Source of the DNA: Escherichia phage kaset
Length of the DNA: 64,000 bases
Sequence record: PV245935.1
Direction: 5' to 3' (one strand)
Under the pieces are notes generated by a model. It searched no databases. It was given only the letters and a program-made list of their open reading frames with translations, and had not been told where the DNA came from. A program made the position numbers and the translations under genes. Shown in pieces: positions 29,089 to 38,677 of the stretch (position 1 is its first letter; every line of letters starts with the position of its first letter).

Positions 29089-29184
29089 ATTTTACCTTCT
29101 TGCATTAGCCCTTCAACACGGGTCATTTGATATTGCTCATATTTTACCTTCTTGCATTAGCCCTTCAACACGGGTCATTTGATA
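29081..29184. repeat. Perfect 52-bp tandem duplication (2 copies) spanning a gene junction
   Basis: TTGCTCATATTTTACCTTCTTGCATTAGCCCTTCAACACGGGTCATTTGATA at 29081-29132 and 29133-29184. Confidence 0.85.
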
Positions 29185-29400
29185 ACGTTCAGGTTTCCAA
29201 GCCGCCAAAGCCTTCTCAGCGCCTTTTAAAGTTTTATATGCCTTGATGCCAGGCATAATGACGGTATTCACCCCAGCACCGTTGCCATAATCAAACTCTT
29301 TTACAACGCGGAACATGCCGTCAATTTCTTTGACCAAAAGACGTTTGAACGCGATTGCGCCAGTAGCTTCATTTTTGTAACGTTCAAGGATGCGTACCAT
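29137..29400 (-). CDS. Hypothetical protein
   Basis: 87 aa ORF; C-terminal codons lie within second copy of the 52-bp repeat. Confidence 0.5.
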   Translation of the reverse strand: MVRILERYKNEATGAIAFKRLLVKEIDGMFRVVKEFDYGNGAGVNTVIMPGIKAYKTLKGAEKALAAWKPERYQMTRVEGLMQEGKI

Positions 29401-29474
29401 TTTGTATTCTTCTATTTCGTTTCGATGAAGTAATTATGACTCATCTTCCGTGACAAGTCAAATTATTTTTGATA

Positions 29475-30998
29475 TTAATTCATCTTTTTGCCGTCGAGGA
29501 TGTGATCAGCAAGCATAGACTTCATACTTAGTGAACGCTGAATTTCTTCATCGATGGTGTCAACACCAATAAAATCAACATACAACACGCTTGATTTGGT
29601 GCCGATGCGGTGATTTCGGTCTTCGGATTGCTTGCGCAACTCGTTGTCGTAGTTGCAAGAATAATAAATTGCCAAGTCAGCGGCTGTAAGCGTGATGCCG
29701 ATGCCTGCCGCAGCAGCGTGGCAGACCAATACTTGTGTTCCACCATTCTCGACTGTGTTTTTCTGGAAGTCATCAATCAAGAACTCACGCTGCTCTTTTG
29801 ACGTTTCACCGTTGTATACACCCGTGACCACGCCTTCAGACTCAAGCCAATCCTTAATCTGGTTCATCTCTTCCTTAAAGATGGCCCAAACAATGAACTT
29901 GCGCTCTGGGTCGTCTTCCAGCACCCCTTCCACATAATCCTTAAAGGCCGTGAATCGTGGGTTGTCTTCCATGTAGACCATCTCATCATACACCTTAACA
30001 AAACCGGATGTCACCTGCTTCATCTTAGTGCGCGACGCGATCATCTCAAACTTGACGTTTTCTTCTTCGCCCTTGTATTCCATCAAATAGTTGTACTCAT
30101 TCTTGAGTTCATCGTAAACATCGCGTTGTTTAGGCGACAACTCGAAGTCAATAAACTTGTACACCTTCTCTGGAAGGTCAGGCAAGTATTCTGCTTTTGT
30201 TGCACGAAAATAGTGCGGTTCCATCAGCCGGATAAGCTTGTCAAGGTTCTTGTACATCGGTCGGCCAAACTGGTCTTTGCGCGGCACTTGCGGAATCCCA
30301 TAGCCATTGCCGCCGATTTTCTTGAGGATGGCTTGCATCTCTGGGTCGTGCGCTTCAAGCAGCACAGTGAATTCAGAGTTGAAGGCGCGGAAAGATTTGG
30401 TGCCGAGCAATCCTGCTTCAAGGAAGTGATATTGCATGTAAATATCAGCAGGCGAGCGCGGCAACGGCGTGCCAGAAAGGATTCGACGGGCCTTTGCCAG
30501 CCGTCCCAATTCCACAACCTTGATGGAGCGTTTGGCTGTGTTATTCTTGATGCGCGTTGATTCGTCGATGATCATCAGGCAGCGGTACTTCTTCAAGACC
30601 GACTCGATGTGTTGATAACCGACTGGTGTGTTGACAGTATCGATGTTGAATGAGAAGATGCGCGCAGGCACTTCGCCTTCGGGGTAGTGATCAGCAAACA
30701 TCTTCTCCCAAAGCGCCTTGCCCTTTTTAGTTTTCATCTTATCATTGCCGCGCCAGTAGTGCCCAATCCACTTGATGGAAAGGTGTTCTGGTGCTTCACG
30801 ACGAATCCAGTTTGAGTGGACGCCGTTTGGAGCGATGACGACCATGGCATCGAACGCGCCAGCGGTGAAGTGCTTTTCAAACTCTGCCAAAGCGGTCCAA
30901 GTTTTACCAAGACCCTGTTCCATAAAATAGGCAAAGTATTTTCTGCGGCCTGCTTTATCAAGCGCCAATAGTTGGTGGCGCATTCCTTGTGTTTTCAT
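29475..30998 (-). CDS. SNF2-family helicase
   Basis: Motif I GLGKT, motif II DESTRIKN (DExx box), LSGTPL motif. Confidence 0.75.
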   Translation of the reverse strand: MKTQGMRHQLLALDKAGRRKYFAYFMEQGLGKTWTALAEFEKHFTAGAFDAMVVIAPNGVHSNWIRREAPEHLSIKWIGHYWRGNDKMKTKKGKALWEKMFADHYPEGEVPARIFSFNIDTVNTPVGYQHIESVLKKYRCLMIIDESTRIKNNTAKRSIKVVELGRLAKARRILSGTPLPRSPADIYMQYHFLEAGLLGTKSFRAFNSEFTVLLEAHDPEMQAILKKIGGNGYGIPQVPRKDQFGRPMYKNLDKLIRLMEPHYFRATKAEYLPDLPEKVYKFIDFELSPKQRDVYDELKNEYNYLMEYKGEEENVKFEMIASRTKMKQVTSGFVKVYDEMVYMEDNPRFTAFKDYVEGVLEDDPERKFIVWAIFKEEMNQIKDWLESEGVVTGVYNGETSKEQREFLIDDFQKNTVENGGTQVLVCHAAAAGIGITLTAADLAIYYSCNYDNELRKQSEDRNHRIGTKSSVLYVDFIGVDTIDEEIQRSLSMKSMLADHILDGKKMN

Positions 30999-31417
30999 GA
31001 CAATTCCTCTAAATACTTAATGATGTGATGAATAGTTCCCTTCACGATTATCTCACGTTGAACGTCTGCAATATTATAACGCTTTAATTCAATCGAAGGG
31101 TGGACTAAATAAAACATCTTCTCAGAATCGACTTTAAGCAAAACAAATGATGGGTATTTCCAATCATTCCACGAAGAAAGAAAGCTGCACTGACCTTTCT
31201 CAAATGCATTTCTGAAAGGTGCAGTGGTAGCCCTTGCAGGCCACGATTCAAAGAACTTCATTTCAAGCCAAAAGCCGCGCCCTTTCCGGTTGGTGCCGAT
31301 TACATCCGGCACACCATCACCCGTCATGGATTCGATTCTTTGAAGCTTCAATACTGATTCCGAATGCTTCTTCAAAGGTACGAATATGTATTTCTGTTCA
31401 CGGTTGTTTGTTGCCAT
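30995..31417 (-). CDS. VRR-NUC / PD-(D/E)xK nuclease
   Basis: GVPDVIG ... FWLEMK motif; AGGTG RBS before ATG 31417; adjacent to SNF2 helicase. Confidence 0.6.
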   Translation of the reverse strand: MATNNREQKYIFVPLKKHSESVLKLQRIESMTGDGVPDVIGTNRKGRGFWLEMKFFESWPARATTAPFRNAFEKGQCSFLSSWNDWKYPSFVLLKVDSEKMFYLVHPSIELKRYNIADVQREIIVKGTIHHIIKYLEELS

Positions 31418-34301
31418 CTGGATACACCTGTTTGATAACGTCGACGATGAACATGTCAATGCCTTCAAGTTTGCGACCTTTCATCAGGAAGAATGCACCG
31501 TTCCCGACGTTCTCTGCAATGTACTTCCCGTACTTCTGGAACTTCTCTGGGCGAATCCTGAAACGCATTGGCGAATCGGTCGAATCGTCTTTGCACATAA
31601 GGTCGATGAACTGAGTTTCAAGCTTGTTTCCATACTGGTCAAACTCTGCGTAGCGGCCATCGGCCTGAAGACCCTTTTTAAGTTTGCCGTGCTTTGTATA
31701 AATGCCGCGCTCAAGACGTTTACGGATTCGTGTTGCTTCGTTCTCGTCTGCCAGCACTTTCTTGGTCAACTTGCCGATTACTATTGCACGCTCATCATCG
31801 CCTACTTCCTTCATCTGGCGTATTGAAGCACCGGAAGTAACGCCAATCAGATAGGGGTCATTATACGCCCAGCCGAACTTGGTGTGCATCTCTGTAAGGT
31901 CGCCGTATTTGACTTCAGCATTGGCCAATGCATCCTTTTGCTTTTGCGTTAAGGTTCCGGCTTCACGTGCTTCGATATACTTCATCGCCTTCACCATTCC
32001 GTACCCTTTAGCGTTCATGATGCCGCCGATTAGCTTTCCGTTAGCGATGGTCCAGTTCATTGAAGAGTGATCAGGGTCGATTGGCACATAATCCACGCCT
32101 TCCTTCGCAAGTTCACGTAATATCGCAATCGTCTGGTCTTCGTCCTTAGCAGCGCGTAAGCAGGCAGCGGCAAATTCCAACGGGTAGTGTCGTTTAAGCC
32201 ACAAGGTCCAGTAGGTCACGACCGCGTATGATACGGAGTGTGACTTGTTAAAGCCCCATGACCCGAACGTCGCCATCGCTTGCCAAAGCTTTCTTGCATC
32301 CGCTTCCGGTACGCCGTTATTTATTGCGCCTGCAACGAAGTCTTCGCCAAGCTTGTTAAAGTATTCCTCACCCTTACGGCCTGACATCGCCTTACGTACA
32401 GCGGATGTCTTCGCCCAGTCAAATGAACCAATCTCTTTCACCACGGCCATGATTTGCTCTTGGTAAAGAAACACGCCGTAAGTCTCTTTTAAGTACGGCT
32501 CAAGCTGCGGCACGTCGTACTCAATCGGCGCACGTCCTGCCGCGCGTTCAATGTATTTCTGGGCCATACCGGATGACAACGGGCCAGGTCGACCAAGTGC
32601 TGTCAGGTTATCGATTTTGTTAAAGTTATCAACGTGCACAAAGTTGGTTACTGAGCGTACAGCATCGCCTTCGAACTGGAAGATGCCTGACATCTTATTT
32701 TCGTTAAGGATGTCAAGGACGCTTTGATCATTGAGCTTGATTCCGTACAGCGTTTCAGCATCTATCACGCCAGTATCGGAAATTATTCCGAGTGTGCGGA
32801 GGCCCAGCGCATCAAGCTTCAAAAGGTTAAGGTATTCGCTGTCAGGCTTATCAATTTGCGCAATCCCTTCCGCCGTTACCGTACAGTAATCAGAGATTGG
32901 ATCATTACACACGATGATTCCCGCTGCGTGAACGCCAGTGTGGGAAGGGTGAATCTCAAGGTCACCCATGCATCGCGCGGCGTCAGGATATTTCGCCACG
33001 AACTCTTGGCCCGTGGTCGTGGTTGCAAAGGTATCCTCCAGGCCGTGACCATAACGGGCGTCACCGGATGAGTATTCAAGCAATGCGTTTTTAATGTTGG
33101 CCGTTTCGTGATAGCCGATGTTGAACTTCTTACCAACCTGAGCCATTACTGAGTTGGCCTTAAGCGTGTTGATGTTGCCAAGTTTTGCAACGTTCATTTC
33201 GCCGTATTTTTCTTTAAGGTAATCAAACACCATATAGCGTTTGGTATCCTCAAAGTCAATATCAATATCAGGAAGGTCGGCGCGGCTTACGTCGATGAAT
33301 CGGGCAAACAACAGCTTATACGGGATTGGGTCAACTTCCGTGATGCCGAGACAATAGCAAACCAGTGAACCAGCCGATGAGCCGCGAGCGGGTCCGACGA
33401 GCATTTTTGTCTTTGCGAATCGTACAAGGTCTGCTACCACCAGAAAGTATGAGTCGAAATCTTTCAGCTGAATCTGGTGAATCTCTTCGTTGAATCGGTC
33501 CTCATATTCCTGAGTCCATTCTTTGATGTGGCCTGCCTTGAGGCGGTACTCCATCCCCTCACGAGCAAGTTTAACCATGTCACCAGCAAGGTGAATAATC
33601 GGTGCCTTGCGCAACTTCAGGCCAAGCCCCACGATTCCGTTTGCGATATCAACAGCATTGGACGTTGCTTGATTCAACTCATCTTCGGTAAGGATTCCTT
33701 CAAGCTGTTTTCGCAAGTCTTCCGCGTCAACGATGCAATGCGGCTTAACTGTGTCGCGAACTTCCCACGCATAAGCAAAGTCGACGTGCTCAGGTGAAGG
33801 CATATGGTTGTATCCGGTTAAAACCAGCGGCCTTCCGTTGCTGCGGTGAGCCAATGCCTGGCGCTTAGCCAAAAGGAACGATGATGGGTTGACGTCTATA
33901 TAATCGTAGTCCTCTGGCAGCAGCAACTCCACGGCACCGCCACAGAATTTAACGACTCCATCGAGCGCCCCGAACTCTGCACGGGTCAGTCCGCCGCGCT
34001 GTGTTGCAAGTGTCGTAGCGTTGTAAAAAGATTTCAGGTCAAGGGCCAATATCCAAGCCTTCGGTTTGAATCCCTTTTTCGGGTCCGCATCAGGGTCAAT
34101 GATTGGAATCTCCATGCCGAACATAGGCTTGATATCATTCTTCTGACATTCCTTTTCCCAGCGAACGTGACCCCATGTATTGTTGTCAACTAATGCCGCG
34201 ACTTCGCAGCCCAACTCTTTGAGCCGTGCTATAATTTCAGGATGCCGTCCATATACTTCTTTGAACGTGTAACCGCTGCGAACTCTCAATTGTGGAAACA
34301 T
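31398..34301 (-). CDS. DNA polymerase III alpha-like (DnaE-type) replicative polymerase
   Basis: 967 aa; motif NKSHSVSYAVVTYWTLWLKRHYPLEFAAA characteristic of DnaE family. Confidence 0.8.
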   Translation of the reverse strand: MFPQLRVRSGYTFKEVYGRHPEIIARLKELGCEVAALVDNNTWGHVRWEKECQKNDIKPMFGMEIPIIDPDADPKKGFKPKAWILALDLKSFYNATTLATQRGGLTRAEFGALDGVVKFCGGAVELLLPEDYDYIDVNPSSFLLAKRQALAHRSNGRPLVLTGYNHMPSPEHVDFAYAWEVRDTVKPHCIVDAEDLRKQLEGILTEDELNQATSNAVDIANGIVGLGLKLRKAPIIHLAGDMVKLAREGMEYRLKAGHIKEWTQEYEDRFNEEIHQIQLKDFDSYFLVVADLVRFAKTKMLVGPARGSSAGSLVCYCLGITEVDPIPYKLLFARFIDVSRADLPDIDIDFEDTKRYMVFDYLKEKYGEMNVAKLGNINTLKANSVMAQVGKKFNIGYHETANIKNALLEYSSGDARYGHGLEDTFATTTTGQEFVAKYPDAARCMGDLEIHPSHTGVHAAGIIVCNDPISDYCTVTAEGIAQIDKPDSEYLNLLKLDALGLRTLGIISDTGVIDAETLYGIKLNDQSVLDILNENKMSGIFQFEGDAVRSVTNFVHVDNFNKIDNLTALGRPGPLSSGMAQKYIERAAGRAPIEYDVPQLEPYLKETYGVFLYQEQIMAVVKEIGSFDWAKTSAVRKAMSGRKGEEYFNKLGEDFVAGAINNGVPEADARKLWQAMATFGSWGFNKSHSVSYAVVTYWTLWLKRHYPLEFAAACLRAAKDEDQTIAILRELAKEGVDYVPIDPDHSSMNWTIANGKLIGGIMNAKGYGMVKAMKYIEAREAGTLTQKQKDALANAEVKYGDLTEMHTKFGWAYNDPYLIGVTSGASIRQMKEVGDDERAIVIGKLTKKVLADENEATRIRKRLERGIYTKHGKLKKGLQADGRYAEFDQYGNKLETQFIDLMCKDDSTDSPMRFRIRPEKFQKYGKYIAENVGNGAFFLMKGRKLEGIDMFIVDVIKQVYPDGNKQP

Positions 34302-34843
34302 TATTTACTCCATATGTCATATACGCCAATTTGTTGGCAGACTTTGTGCAGTAATATTACGTCGTCTAATGCACGGTGCTTCTGTTCATATTTTCCGAAA
34401 TATAATTCATACAACTCTTGAAGCTTAACTCTTCGGCCAAAAATAGGCAAGGTTTGCTCGACTGTACAAATGTTTATTTCTGGAAAATTAACATCACCAA
34501 GTGTAAGACCTTCGCGCTGTAATGCATAGTCAAGAATGTTTTTATCAAACGCATGGTTGTGCGCGATAGTTGCATCCGTCTTCTTGAATATTTCTTTTAG
34601 CTGCGGAACGAAATGAATAAATGGTGGATTGCACTCAAGGTCTTCGTTGGTTAATCCGGTAATCTTCGTGATGATTTCTTCAATCACAATTTCAGGATTA
34701 ATTATGAACTCGAACGTTTCAAGAATCTCTTTGCCGTCCGTCAACAGGCCTGCAAATTCAATAGGGCGCGGCTGCATTCCAAGCGGCGCTTTCGGGTGCA
34801 CGGTTAATCCGGTTGTTTCGAAGTCATAAGGGAGAAATAACAC
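34301..34843 (-). CDS. DnaQ-like 3'-5' exonuclease (proofreading)
   Basis: Exo motifs DFETTGL, HNHAFD, HRALDDV; immediately upstream of polymerase gene. Confidence 0.75.
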   Translation of the reverse strand: MLFLPYDFETTGLTVHPKAPLGMQPRPIEFAGLLTDGKEILETFEFIINPEIVIEEIITKITGLTNEDLECNPPFIHFVPQLKEIFKKTDATIAHNHAFDKNILDYALQREGLTLGDVNFPEINICTVEQTLPIFGRRVKLQELYELYFGKYEQKHRALDDVILLHKVCQQIGVYDIWSK

Positions 34844-34897
34844 ATTGGCCTCCTACAAAAAGGCCGCCCATTAGGACGGCCACAGATTCAAGATTCG

Positions 34898-35449
34898 TTA
34901 TGCAGTGTACGGAGTGCCGTCTTGATTCAACCGCACGATGAATTTAAGGTCTACACCGATGATTTCACGCGTATCAAAGATCACATAGTTGTAACGACGC
35001 TGACCAGCAATATTTGGGTTGGTGTGAGAGTCAGTTACGACTTCCTGCGCAACCTGAATGCCTTCTTCTTTAAAGAACTTACGCCATTCAGCAAGTTCAG
35101 CGACAGTCACGTGCATACCAAGATGGCTGACCTGATTATCGTGCGCATCGAGCATGTCGATGTTTTCGTTGATCCAGTTGCAACCTTTTGTGTAGTCAAG
35201 AATTTCAAGTTCAAGAGGCTTGCCAGCGCCGCCATCGGTGCCGTTGCCAGCCTGATAGTTGAAGCGCAAGTCAGCTTCATTGGTGCAATCGTCGCGACGA
35301 CCTTTAAATTCATCAGCTTCAAATACGCGACCAGTAGCAACAACATGATCATGGAACCATTCTGTCAGGCCGATTTTGGCCAGAAAATCCTGTGCACGCT
35401 GAGCATCTGGAATTGACAGGGCGATTTGTTCAATTTTAAAGTGTGGCAT
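34898..35449 (-). CDS. VOC (glyoxalase/dioxygenase)-like fold protein, hypothetical
   Basis: Two beta-alpha-beta-like modules (IEQIALSIPDAQRAQDFLAKIGL; HLGMHVTVAEL) judged by eye. Confidence 0.45.
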   Translation of the reverse strand: MPHFKIEQIALSIPDAQRAQDFLAKIGLTEWFHDHVVATGRVFEADEFKGRRDDCTNEADLRFNYQAGNGTDGGAGKPLELEILDYTKGCNWINENIDMLDAHDNQVSHLGMHVTVAELAEWRKFFKEEGIQVAQEVVTDSHTNPNIAGQRRYNYVIFDTREIIGVDLKFIVRLNQDGTPYTA

Positions 35450-35469
35450 TTTGTTTCCTTAATTAAATA

Positions 35470-35685
35470 TTATTGATTAATTACTGTGTTGTCTTCGTCC
35501 TGTTTCTTTTCAGGAGCGGGTGTGACAACTTCAAATTTAGGTTTGGGCAATTCACCTTTAGCACCTGGGACTTCAACGACAATCTTTTTGTCAGGCTCAA
35601 CAGGATTTGGAACTTCAAATTTGATCGTGTATCCTAATACAACAAGAAGCACTAAACCGATTACCGCTACCCAGGCTTTGTTCAT
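35470..35685 (-). CDS. Small membrane-anchored protein, hypothetical
   Basis: N-terminal TM segment AWVAVIGLVLLVVLG, Pro/Lys-rich tail. Confidence 0.5.
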   Translation of the reverse strand: MNKAWVAVIGLVLLVVLGYTIKFEVPNPVEPDKKIVVEVPGAKGELPKPKFEVVTPAPEKKQDEDNTVINQ

Positions 35686-35688
35686 GAT

Positions 35689-36372
35689 TTATTTCCCAAA
35701 TGGAATATCAGTACCAGACATAAAGCGCCATGCGCCCGTAATTAAGATATGGCGAATGAAGTCAGCAATTACTTGCGGCTCAGTCTCCAATCCATTCATC
35801 AACGCCTTTTTCTGGTATTCAGCAGCATACTCAGGAGTCCAGCCGCGAGTCGCGCAAACAGCATCTTCAATCTGTTTAGACATACCAGTGCCGCGCAACT
35901 TGTTAGGACTAATAGAGAATACCGTGATCCCGTATTTAGGCGTAAGTTCGTGGGCCATCTGCTTACTGATCATAAGCGCAGCGGCCTTGGAAGCATTATA
36001 ACACAAGCTGGACGTCATAGGAATATGCGCAGCGTTGGAAACGATATTGATCACAAAACCTTTGTTGTCGATAAGACTTTTCAGTGTCGCCTGAGTCGTG
36101 TTAACGAAAGAGAAAGCGTTGGTATGCATAACGCGGTTAAATTCTTCGTAGTTGACATCTTCAAACCAGTTGTTGGAGTTTACGCCAGCACAGTTGATCA
36201 AGCCTTCTACATCATATGGGCTTAAAATTTCTTTCATCTGTTTAGCGTCGCGGACGTCATATCCGTATGCTGAATCGATGCCAAGCACGTTATGACCGTA
36301 AGCGCCAAGGGTGTCAAAAATAGATTTACCAAGACCAGAATTGGAACCTGTTACAACAATTACTTTTTTCAT
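35689..36372 (-). CDS. Short-chain dehydrogenase/reductase (SDR) family oxidoreductase
   Basis: Rossmann motif VTGSNSGLG and catalytic YNASKAA (YxxxK). Confidence 0.7.
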   Translation of the reverse strand: MKKVIVVTGSNSGLGKSIFDTLGAYGHNVLGIDSAYGYDVRDAKQMKEILSPYDVEGLINCAGVNSNNWFEDVNYEEFNRVMHTNAFSFVNTTQATLKSLIDNKGFVINIVSNAAHIPMTSSLCYNASKAAALMISKQMAHELTPKYGITVFSISPNKLRGTGMSKQIEDAVCATRGWTPEYAAEYQKKALMNGLETEPQVIADFIRHILITGAWRFMSGTDIPFGK

Positions 36373-36437
36373 TTATTTATCCTTTTTGGACTTCGTTTCG
36401 ATGAGATAAATATAACTCATCGAAACGCACAAGTAAA

Positions 36438-37310
36438 CTATTTATTGAAATTAATATTGTGGGTGTTGACGAGACGTTCACACATGGCGCTGTAAACACC
36501 ATCATCGTGTATAGAGTCTTCGTGCTTCAGGCCGCTGATTGCGAAGCGTGTAAGCTTGACAATCTTAAGCTCGAACAGATGCCACATGTGGTAGTCTTCC
36601 GGCGTTTTCAACGTTACGCCATTAGGGAAAAGCACCTGCATAACCTGGCCAACCATCACGGCGTTATCGCCATAGACAGCGTTGCGCTCACGGAAGGTTG
36701 CCGCCATTGCATCAAGAATATCGGCGGCAGTGGCCGGAGATTGTTCAATTTCCACAGCCTTAGTCTCTTCTTGCCCTGTTGCGCTTGGATCAATTGCTAA
36801 TTGTTGCACCACTTCACCTGCCTTGCAAAGATTAAATGTAAAAGCGATTTTATTTTGAGCAACGGAATTATAATACAATGCTTCATCTTGCATCCGCGCG
36901 AGCACGTCTTGTCGGTCGTCGAATACATTGATGATTCGATAATCGCCGTGCCGCAATGCGTGCGATAGCCATGCAGATTTCATAATAGTTGATGGACGTT
37001 TGTCGCCATAGTCTCTCATCTTGATTGTAAATTCATCAAAAGGAAAAACATTGTCCAGACGTTCAAAAGTCACTTGTCTGTATTTTTCTGGCCTTGCAGT
37101 CCAATATTCAACCGCCTCACCGCGAAGAGATGCCGACTCTACTGCTGATGCAATGTGAGGATAGAACTGATCATAACCAATACCGCTGTGATAGTCATCA
37201 TAGTCTGACAACGGACCTGCCACCTTGATGCGGTCTAAGCGCCAACGGTCATCAAACAGCGTTCCGTCAAGGTCGAATACGTTTAAGATTTCGCTGTTTT
37301 TAATGCTCAT
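36438..37310 (-). CDS. HAD-superfamily hydrolase domain protein with extra C-terminal domain
   Basis: Motif I VFDLDGTLFD (DxDGT); later VFDDRQD. Confidence 0.6.
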   Translation of the reverse strand: MSIKNSEILNVFDLDGTLFDDRWRLDRIKVAGPLSDYDDYHSGIGYDQFYPHIASAVESASLRGEAVEYWTARPEKYRQVTFERLDNVFPFDEFTIKMRDYGDKRPSTIMKSAWLSHALRHGDYRIINVFDDRQDVLARMQDEALYYNSVAQNKIAFTFNLCKAGEVVQQLAIDPSATGQEETKAVEIEQSPATAADILDAMAATFRERNAVYGDNAVMVGQVMQVLFPNGVTLKTPEDYHMWHLFELKIVKLTRFAISGLKHEDSIHDDGVYSAMCERLVNTHNINFNK

Positions 37311-38152
37311 CCTTTTGATACTCCATCTTTAGCGACTGGATTGTTGGTGATTGGCATCGCACTCCAAAACTGGATGCGCAACTCTTCTTGCTGTGCCGTG
37401 GTATCCATCCAATCACGATACCAAGGGCAATGTGCTTTACCGTGACGGGGAAATGCGCACTTACCCATACCGATGCATTGCGGCTGTAGTAAAGGATTAG
37501 CCCAAGGGTGCACCTTGAGGACTTCCGCAACCATTGCACGAAATACTTCTTGATACTCGCCTTGAGTGCGCGTGCACAAGCGGTTTGACGCCATCTGCTG
37601 CAGCGTGCGCAAGTTGAACTTTGCCATGATATGCGTTTGCATATTAGAAGGCAACACGGCACGTGCATCCTGAATCTCTGCGCCAGCCGCGCGAAGTTCT
37701 TGGTATAGGGCGTCAATGGTTGCCATTGCATCATCCCACTTCTCTGCCAGCACACTTCTTTTTTCAGAGTCCCAGTATCCTTCTTCATCCTGGTCGAAAA
37801 AGTCTTTTTTACCAAGATCATCTAAACTATCAAAATCACCATCCCTTTCAAATGCCTTCGGACGAATTGCATCAAACGCAGACGACTCCTGAGCGCGGCT
37901 AGTGCGTTCTTGATATGCGCCTGTGCGTGTGCGCACCATCTGATGGGTCATGTTCTTTGAAACATCAGTGATGTCAAAGATATAGTCCACAAAGTCAAAG
38001 GGCGACTTGATTGTATCAAGCATGTAGCGCCAGTGCTCTTGCTTCTCTGATTCTGTCATCTCAGAGACAGGCTTGCCAGTCATGCGCGTGTTCTTTGTTT
38101 CCAGCAAAAGGTCAAGTGCATCTTGGGTGTATCGAATTAATTCAACTTTCAT
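37307..38152 (-). CDS. ThyX-like flavin-dependent thymidylate synthase homolog (divergent)
   Basis: ARAVLPSNMQTHIMAKFNLRTLQQM resembles ThyX ARxVLPxN...NxRSL block; RHR-like motif present as RTRTGAYQERTSR. Confidence 0.55.
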   Translation of the reverse strand: MKVELIRYTQDALDLLLETKNTRMTGKPVSEMTESEKQEHWRYMLDTIKSPFDFVDYIFDITDVSKNMTHQMVRTRTGAYQERTSRAQESSAFDAIRPKAFERDGDFDSLDDLGKKDFFDQDEEGYWDSEKRSVLAEKWDDAMATIDALYQELRAAGAEIQDARAVLPSNMQTHIMAKFNLRTLQQMASNRLCTRTQGEYQEVFRAMVAEVLKVHPWANPLLQPQCIGMGKCAFPRHGKAHCPWYRDWMDTTAQQEELRIQFWSAMPITNNPVAKDGVSKG

Positions 38153-38166
38153 TTTAATTATTCCTA

Positions 38167-38613
38167 TTAACGGTAATTCACTAATTGCTGATCACCAGAG
38201 AAGGTGCAATGATAAACGAATTGTGCGTTGTAAAGCAACTGAAAACTTTTCTTTGGTTCACTATTAGCACTCATCGATGTGAATACTTCTGCACCGGAAC
38301 GGTTTTCACCAATCAGATTGATAAAGCCGCCAGTTGAACGAGGTTGAACGAAAGTGAAACGTTGCATCCACGGAGTCCGGTTGGCACCTTTACCCGTGAA
38401 TCCTTGAATCTGAATATTCAGACCTTCTTGCTCATTCACACCGATGTAAGTGGTAATCTTCGCACCAGTCGTTGCTGCGGTCTTGCCGTCCATCGCTTCG
38501 CAATCGTAAACAGCGATTGAATCGGAAGTACGGATGGCAGCTTCAGTCGCTTCCATATACATGGTGCCGAGAATAGCAGTTGCGGCAAGCGCGATTCCAG
38601 TGATTCGTTTCAT
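38167..38613 (-). CDS. Secreted protein with signal peptide, hypothetical
   Basis: N-terminus MKRITGIALAATAILGTMYMEA; two Cys residues. Confidence 0.5.
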   Translation of the reverse strand: MKRITGIALAATAILGTMYMEATEAAIRTSDSIAVYDCEAMDGKTAATTGAKITTYIGVNEQEGLNIQIQGFTGKGANRTPWMQRFTFVQPRSTGGFINLIGENRSGAEVFTSMSANSEPKKSFQLLYNAQFVYHCTFSGDQQLVNYR

Positions 38614-38677
38614 TTCGTTTCCTCTATGAGTTCTGCTTCAATGATTAAAGTATACGCCCATTGAAGCAGAAAGCAAA

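Noticed and set aside
35486-36225. + strand track ORFs (171 aa and 158 aa) opposite the SDR gene
   Set aside because: Antisense to an SDR gene with clear catalytic motifs; no RBS and atypical composition.
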